DNA of 64,000 bases from Lama glama (lineage: Eukaryota): the NCBI GenBank assembly GCA_028534125.1, contig CM052816.1:14138001-14202000 (forward strand), in the 5' to 3' direction. Of the stretch, positions 56,520-64,000 are shown in pieces; positions within the stretch are counted from its first letter, which is position 1, and every line of letters begins with the position of its first letter. The notes under the pieces were generated by a model. It did not search any database. It had not been told where the DNA came from and worked only from the letters and a program-made list of their open reading frames with translations. The position numbers and the translations under genes were made by a program.

Positions 56520-57230
56520 TAGTAACATAACGAATTACCTCAAAACACAGTGGTTTAAACAACAAATGTTTACTCTCTTGCTGTTCCTGTCGGTCGAGAA
56601 TCTGGAAGCAGCTGACCCTGTGTGGTTCTGACTCAGGATCTCAGGCGTTTGTAGTCAAGATGCTGGCTGGGGCTTCCAAGTCATCTGACAGCTTGACTCA
56701 GGGTGGAGGCAGTTCTTCCATGACGGCTCCCTCACATAGCTGTTATCAGGAGAACCCAGGTCCTCGCTGGTGTTTAGAAGGAGAACTCACCATATGAGCC
56801 TCTCCCTAGGGCGGCTTAAGTGTCCTCACAAAATGGAAGCTGGCTTCCCCCAGAGCAGCTGATTCCACAGAAACCAAGCAGGAAGCTGCAGGGCCTTTTA
56901 CAATTTGCCCTTAGATGTCACACACCCCATCATTTCAGCCACATTCTATTTGTTAGAAACTAATTACTAAGTACAACCCACACAATCCACAAAAGGGGAG
57001 GAATTCAGCTCAACTTCTTGAAGGGAGATGCATCAAGTAATTTGTTGAGTCCTTTCAATTACAAAATAAAAGTAAAAAAATAATTCAATATAAGAATAAA
57101 AATTAAAAATAATTCAATTAAAAATTAAAATAACATTTTATAAAATAAAAACAATTTGATTAAAAATTAAGCTAAATTAAATTTTAAAAAATTTTAAAAA
57201 CCCAACAATTTGCGGGCATATTTTAAACAT
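56520..57230 (-). mobile_element. MLT1-family LTR interrupted by an AT-rich low-complexity tract (57060-57200)
   Basis: AATTACCTCAAAACACAGTGGTTTAAACAACAAA...GCTGGCTTCCCCCAGAGC...CCACATTCTATTTGTTAGAA. Confidence 0.75.
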
Positions 57231-59439
57231 CCATTTACTCTGGGAGCTTGTCTCTGACACCAAACAGGCTTTGAGAAACGGTTATCGCACAGTGAAGGAT
57301 GGGTCTTTCAGACCGCACTTACTCTGGAAAGCAAACAAGCCACGGTCTGGAGTATTTCTCCCCTTCCCGACGAGCTGGGTAGCAAGAACATCAATGGCAA
57401 CAGCATCAATAAAACACCAACAACAATAACAGCATTTGCTGAGCGCAGGTAAGAATGCCAACATCTCAAGCACAGGAGCATTGCCTGTCTAGTTCTCTAC
57501 CACATTTCCAGCATCTGAAAGCAGACGCTCAATAAATATTTAGAATTAAATGAATGCACTTCTCATTTTAATGTCACAAGAACCTTATGAGGTAGAAACT
57601 ATTATCATTCCCATTCTACAGGTGGAAACAGGGAGATTAAATAATCTGCCAAGTGACATGGCTAATAACGGTAGAGTTCGGATTAGAACCTAGACAGTCG
57701 AACTCCAGCACCACCCCTCACCCCACTGGCCATAGAAGAATAGACTGACAACTTGTAATTACTGAACCCGTACTGCTAACAACGGGCTGGCTTGGACTAA
57801 TGGAAGGAAGATGAGGCCTGAATTAAAATACTGGATAATCCAAAAACCATTTTCATTTGGCTCAGGAATATAGCCAGAGACATACTCTCAGAGGAGCAGC
57901 TACATTCAAACCATCTGGACTTGGCTCCAACCTGCATCCAGGGCTGATATTCTCTGGAAGGGATCCTCAAAGGACCCAGCTCTTGCCCTCCTAACTGCCC
58001 TGAGCCTCCCTAAGATTCTCTAGAAAAAGAATGTCCACACACACACCTCTGGAAGATATGTCCCTGTATTTTAGTCTCTTTTCTTCCTGATATCTTACTT
58101 ATAACACTTGTTTTGCAAACAGCATATTTCTTCCTGCTGTGCCCTGGGGATGAAAACATATTCCTTAATTTAAAAAAACCACCCATGATGCATCCTGGAG
58201 TAACTCTGTGCCAGGACCAGGGTAAGGTCCATTTCCCAGCACAGGCTTGAGGGCAAGCCCGAGAGCTGTTCACGTCTCAGGCTGAGATCCCGGCTCTCAT
58301 TCCGACCTATTAACTATATCCAACTCTTCTTGGTTTCTCAGAGCTCCTCCTGCCAACTGCAGCGACCACAGGTGGATACTGCCATGAACACAGCCCCGAC
58401 GTGGAAGTGTGAGTGAGTGGAGAGAAATGCCTGTAAGGCCTGCTTCGGTCTGAGCCAGAGGGCAGGTTTGAAGTGGAAACCTGGAGTCTACATAGTTTTT
58501 AGCTCAGTTCTGGTCCTGACTCAATAAATCATAAGCAAGCTTCCCATTCTTTCTGGATTCAGTTTCCTTCTCAAGAGCCCAGAGAAAAATGCAGGGCTTT
58601 TTTTCTCTGAGGGGTAGGGTGAATATGCCAAAGCAGGCTCAGTCCAACGTCGGTACAGGTGAAAGGAAAAATTGGCTCTGAGAATCCCATGGGGTGAGTA
58701 TGATTTGAAGATACTATTTTTAAAGAACATTTTTTTTTCTAAATTTAAATTAGTGGCTAACAGTTTTTTTAAAAAAGGAGGTTTTACATTTGTAAAAATT
58801 CGGATATCCAGGAAATGGAAATTAACAACACTAGATGGGTTGCATTCCCAAAGGGAACAAGGAACCAGAGCTGAGTACTGGCTTTACTGACTTTAGACAG
58901 GGCAGTATTTCTTTCGATCAGTTTGCCACAGTCTCCACCACTCCATACTGTTCATCCTGTTCTATGTGAGTAATTATGAAAATGTATGTTAAGTCTTTTA
59001 TTCACTTTCTCAGAATATTACAATACTCAAATACGTATGTTGAAATGACAAGGTTTCCTTCTCGATTTCCTTTGTGTGAAACTTGGCGAAGTTCACAGAA
59101 GCTGAGTTGAAGGGGCGCCCTTGCTTTGCAGATACCTCGTGCACATGCTTGGTCTGCCGACTAGGTAATCCTGGCTCCTATAAACTTTTGAGTTTGGGGC
59201 TTCTACCATGATTCAGAGGGTAGCTGACCAGCTTGGGGAAGTGGCAGAACACTATGAGAAAAGAGGACACAGAGGAAATCAGAGGCTGTTTCACCCATCC
59301 TTAATCCACACTCAAATGAGACCTGGCCTGAACTCAAGGGGATGGGGAGGGAGTGGGCAGTAGTCTTTAGTCTTCCGAAAGAATTAGAGCCTTCCACCCC
59401 AGGTCTATGCAACACTAACGTTTTCATCTAGTACAGACC

Positions 59440-59630
59440 TCAGCCAGCAAACTGGTCACCAGTTTAAAAATAAAGTTTTATTGGAACTCAGCTATGCCCA
59501 TTTATTTATACATTGTCTATGGCTGCTTTCACCCTACGAAGGCAGAATGGAACAGTTTCAACAGAGACCAGGTGGCAAGCCTAAAATATTTGCTATCGAC
59601 CTTTGATAGAAAAAGTTGCCAATCCCTGCC
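59440..59630. mobile_element. MER58A-like hAT-Charlie MITE
   Basis: AATAAAGTTTTATTGGAACTCAGCTATGCCCATTTATTTATACATTGTCTATGGCTGCTTT...AAAAAGTTGCCAATCCCTG. Confidence 0.8.
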
Positions 59631-62054
59631 CTAGCACCTTGGATTGTAAGGGATAGAGACCCACTCAGGTTAGCTCAAACAAAGGATGTTTATGGTCAGG
59701 CCATAACAGGGAATGTGCTAGATGCTAGGGTTAGAAGCCATAGAGAAAGCAGGCCTAGTGGGAACTGCAACGGTAACTACAGATCTTTCTCGTGGGATTT
59801 CTGCTTCTCCGTTTCTTCTCTGGTCTCTTTCCACAGCTGCTTTCTTCAGCTTCCCTTGCCTTCCCTCAACTTGCACGTGGCTATTCGGGGCTATCCATAC
59901 CCCATCCACATCATGCAATCCCAAAGAGCCTTTCAGCTTTGGTCTCCACTGCTAAGAGCCCCAGCTTCTGCATTTTTCCCAATTCTGAACTCCCAGGGGA
60001 GGAATCTGATTGGCCTAGATCATCTTTTCTGTGATTTTTGGAGATTCCCAGCTGGGCTGTGACTGCCCCCTCCCCTCAGTCAGGAGCCCACCCCAGATCT
60101 ACATCAGTGACCAGAAGGCACCATCGCACAGAGCGGAACTGTCCACTCAGCAGGGGCGGTGGGCACAGAGCCCTCCTTTAGAAGAGAACAGGAGGGAGCC
60201 CGAACTTAGCTAACTCACCTTGGGAGGGGCCTGGCCTTTCCTTCAAGTCAAAGAGAATTCTTTTGGCTTTCTTAATCATGACATTGACTGAAAAGCCAAA
60301 AGCTGAATGAACTACAGGCCCCCTAGGAGAAAGGGAATGGATCCTACCTGAAGTTTGCAAATGGCTATCAGGTCAGCAGTGGACCCAGCCCATCTGAGGG
60401 AGTGATGGGCAGATCAACTGTGTCAGTTGGTGGGATTTCAGAAATCACCGCCTTGTCTTAACTGGACCAGCAGGAAAAGAAGGAGCAGAAAGAAACCTAG
60501 CCTGGCAGGACTTGTCCCGATTTTGCCACAAATAAACTGAATGCAGATGTACATGGTCCTTCCTTCGGATCCCAGCCCAGGCCTGTTTTCCCACTGCTCA
60601 AATGACTAGGCTGAATCAGACCAGGGGTTCTCAAAGACTGCCCCCAGCCTAGCCAAGATCAGCCTGTGTCCCTGTCCCTACCACCTTTCTGCCTCTCACC
60701 ACCACCAGCCTGTTCTACTGGAGAGGCCTGGGCTCCAGAAATATCCAGCTGCTTCCCAGCTCGCTGGAGAATGTTGACTTTCTATTTCTCCATTAGCCAA
60801 ATTCTGTGGGTAGCGTGGCTCCCAGACACGTAGGCCACACAATCAGCTCTTACAACCCACTTCCTCAAGGTGATCCCATGTTGTTCTGCTGTCCATGATA
60901 AACAGCCCCAGACTGGGCAGCCCAAACCCAGGGGAAGCCAGCCTGCTGTGGATCTGGAAGGTTCCCCGCAGGCAGAAAGATGGCAGCTGCTTCTCTGGCC
61001 CGGGCTGAGGCCAAGCCACAAGCTGGGAGGACAACTCTTGAGCCCAGGCCTCCGACCGGTGATGCAAATTGCCCCCGCAGAGCCCGGCCAGGTCAGAGGG
61101 GGCCCAGGGAGCTGGAACTCTGAGTGACAGCTGAGCGGGGAGACAGCCTGCCTCATCCCACTAAGTCACTAAGAGCTTTCTGAAACAGGTGGCTCAAATT
61201 TCCTTGAAAACCCAGAATAATCCCCCATTTGAAGTGTGCGCGAATCTTGTTGTCACCACCTAGTATTAATGGGCAGGCACCGCAGAAGGAAAACGGAGTT
61301 TTCGGCTGCATTTTTGCACACTGACTTGCCTGACAAGCTCAATAAAAGCTTAAACAAATATTAAAAAACACACAGAAAGGCAGGCTGGTTTAAATTAACT
61401 TCCCAAGCACTTTACCTACTGTAGGAAGAAATTATAATAAAACGTCAGAGCAAAAATAAACCGTGTGTGGAAATAAAAATAAAACATAAAATGCCCTCTT
61501 ACAACTAACTGCTCAGTACGATTTAGTCCCTAACAACATATCATTGTACATGAAGTTTTCATAGTCCTGAGGTGTACTTGGGCCTTAGGAGTGTTGACTC
61601 TGAAAAATTCATATTTTACACATTGGGAAACTGTCCCTTTCCCAGAAGGCCTAAGGATATAAACCATTAAAACAACAACAACAACAAAAGAACCACTCCT
61701 CTGTTAACTCTGAAATAATTCTTCCAAAAGAATACGTTGCTTGACATATGACCTCAAGTTCCATTCCTCTTAGGCATTCTCATCCCTAGCCTGCAAGCTT
61801 GGGTCCCACAGTCGCCCGTCTCTTCACGGCTGGAGAAGGAAGGAGCTGGAGGCTGAGATATGACAGGATCAATCCTGGCCATCCTGACGGCTCACCCAGA
61901 GTGGAGTTCTGAACAGGAAAGATACTTAGGAGGCCTTGGTCCACGGGCTGTGGCCTGTCACATCCTCCAACCTCAGTGTTTACGCTGAGCCAGATACACT
62001 GAGAGCTAAAGGGGAAGGGTGTTTGTTGCTCTATTTCCAAGGTAGAATAAAGAG

Positions 62055-62290
62055 CAAGAAAGAGGCCCGAGAAGGAGAGAGAAAGGAAAGAGGAAAGGGA
62101 GGGAGGGAGGGAAGAGGGAAGAGAGGAGGAGAGGAGGAGGGAAGAGGGAGGGAGAGGGAGGAGGAAGGGGGAGGGAGAGGGAGGAGGAAGGGGGAGGGGA
62201 GGGAGGAAGAGGGGAAAGTGAGGGAAGAAGGAGGAGGGGAGGGGGAGGGAGGGAGGCAGAGACAGAAGTGAGGCAGGAAGGAGGGAGGCA
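62055..62290. repeat. Polypurine (GA-rich) low-complexity tract
   Basis: About 230 bp of almost pure G/A (GGA, GGGA, GAGG units). Confidence 0.95.
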
Positions 62291-64000
62291 GGCAAGTGAG
62301 CACCTCCTGCTCAGTCAGTTCATCTGGTAAAAGTTCTCTCACAGGCTGGTTACTCCCACTCGATTTGTTCAGCCAAGCTGAGATACCCTCACTTTCCAAC
62401 CAGAGACGGTGTGGGGGTTGAGAAAGACCTTGTGGGCCTACATACCCCTCCTTCCCGCTGCCAGGTTTCTGTCACACCTCAAAGGTGATTTTCTGGGAAA
62501 GGGTGTTTCTGGCCTGGGTGGAACAGCCTGGTACAGCCCTCAGTGTCTGGCTCCCAGCAAGACTTTCCAGAAGGAACCCATACTAGCCTCCCCTTCCTCC
62601 GGGGTCCTGCTGAGAACTCCCACCCAGTGCTCCTGCATCTGAGTGTGGAGCCAGAGGAAACCTGGGAAAGCTGTGGAGATGAGACAGGCAGCCATCTGAC
62701 ACACGTATGCACATAGCTACATGGGTAAGTCTCTGTATGTAGACGCACATACAGATGCATGTAGAGCTTTCCTGGTGAGTCAGTTACAGTTACGACCTTC
62801 CCCAGAGGCAGGGAGCTGACCCACCAGCTGGCAGGGTGTGGACAGCTGTGCCAGGGATGTCAGAGTGGACCAGTGATCATGGAGGGCCACACACCCACAC
62901 ATGGAGCATGATCAGGTCTCCCAGAGGGCGAACACAGACTGAAAAATGCAACTATTTCTCTAATCTGCTTGTGCTGATTGTGCCAGAAACAAATACCAGC
63001 AGGCTTGGAAAAAATGTTTCTGTTCGTTTGCCTGGGCTCTGAGCCATCCGCACCAAAGTGGAAGGAAAAAGAAAAGGAACAGATTCCGGGGCTGTTTTGT
63101 CTGGCTCACTGGACCCTCTGCCCTCTCTGCCCCCTTCACCTCTGGGAGGGAAGGATTGGGGGGGGTCACTGGGAGCCCCCCAGACGGAGGACCTGAAATA
63201 GCCCCTTGAGTTTCCCACAAACAAGCTTCAGAAGCGGAAACTGGCTCTGGCTCCCTAGGGCAGAAACTGAGAGCTCAACTCTCAAACACTTCCTTTGCTT
63301 GGTAACAATGCGGGGAGGAATTTCCACAAATCCCCTTAGCTGTCATGGCTTCCGCTCCTCAACTTGGGAAAAGACAGCCTGGGACATTCCAGCCCCCTAC
63401 CCCCACCCCGACCCTGTTTGATCTGTTTGGCTCCTAGACGGGGCTTGGAGAACATACGTTTCCCTTCCCTATTTTTCCTCCCAGAGATGAGAAACACCCA
63501 GGTCTGACCAGGCTGTGGGAAGCGGCCTGGCCAGCCCAGTAGCATCACCAAGAGGCTGCTCTCTTCTGTTTCAGAGAAGAAGGGGACTTAAGGGGAGGGA
63601 TTGGGAGGACCCAGACTGTAGAGCCAATCAGCCCCAACCCGTGTCTGTCTGGGCTCCATCACTTCCTAGCTGTGTCACACTGGGGGCTTACTTGGGCTCC
63701 TGTCTCACCAGGTGGTCATGGGGGTCCCACGATGTAGCTTTACAAAGCACTTAGCACAGCTGGCGCATGACAAGAACTTGATCAATGTGATCTGTTGCAG
63801 CCAACTCAAAGGTCATTACCTTGAGACTCCCCTGCCTCAAAATAGCAGAACTTCTGTGCCCTTCAATCCCTGTGAGTGTTCCCCAATCCCACCTGCACGG
63901 ACTATAGTCACCACGTGGGATCTGCTCAGCTCTTCTGCTCCAGCTCACAAAGCCCTTTGGGGAAAACTTCCCAAATCCACGCTGATGTCTGTGTCTGCAG

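Noticed and set aside
61786..62399. Pro/Ser/Leu-rich and Glu/Gly/Arg-rich ORFs
   Set aside because: Translations of the polypurine low-complexity tract.
1..64000. Prokaryote-type systems (CRISPR arrays, operons, IS elements) or a foreign insert
   Set aside because: I saw no repeat-spacer array, dense ORF cluster or compositional break; the window reads as mammalian DNA throughout.

Overview
Mammalian genomic DNA, probably a camelid artiodactyl: it has tRNA-Ala-like SINEs and artiodactyl-type L1 3' ends, and I saw no Alu or Bov-type SINEs. The window holds one protein-coding gene, SPRY4 (Sprouty-4, + strand). Its parts are a CpG-island promoter (~3.9-6.3 kb), a non-coding exon 1 ending at 5424, a ~9.2-kb intron, and a terminal exon from 14612 with the whole 299-aa CDS (14657-15556) and a ~3.7-kb 3'UTR. 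The intron carries a 51-nt cassette exon and the region matching the human SPRY4-IT1 lncRNA. From ~20 kb to 64 kb the DNA is gene-free and rich in old repeats (MIR, L2, L1, HAL1, MaLR/ERVL LTRs, hAT MERs), with a few enhancer-like unique blocks. I cannot demonstrate a new biological system. The most interesting signals are: (1) a splice-assembled uORF in frame with SPRY4, extended without frameshift by the cassette exon, whose TAG stop could double as an alternative splice acceptor; and (2) a four-copy CCATTCATA array of Capicua-type sites in the core promoter, the last copy overlapping the TATA-like box. Repeat family names and human comparisons come from memory and need alignment to confirm.
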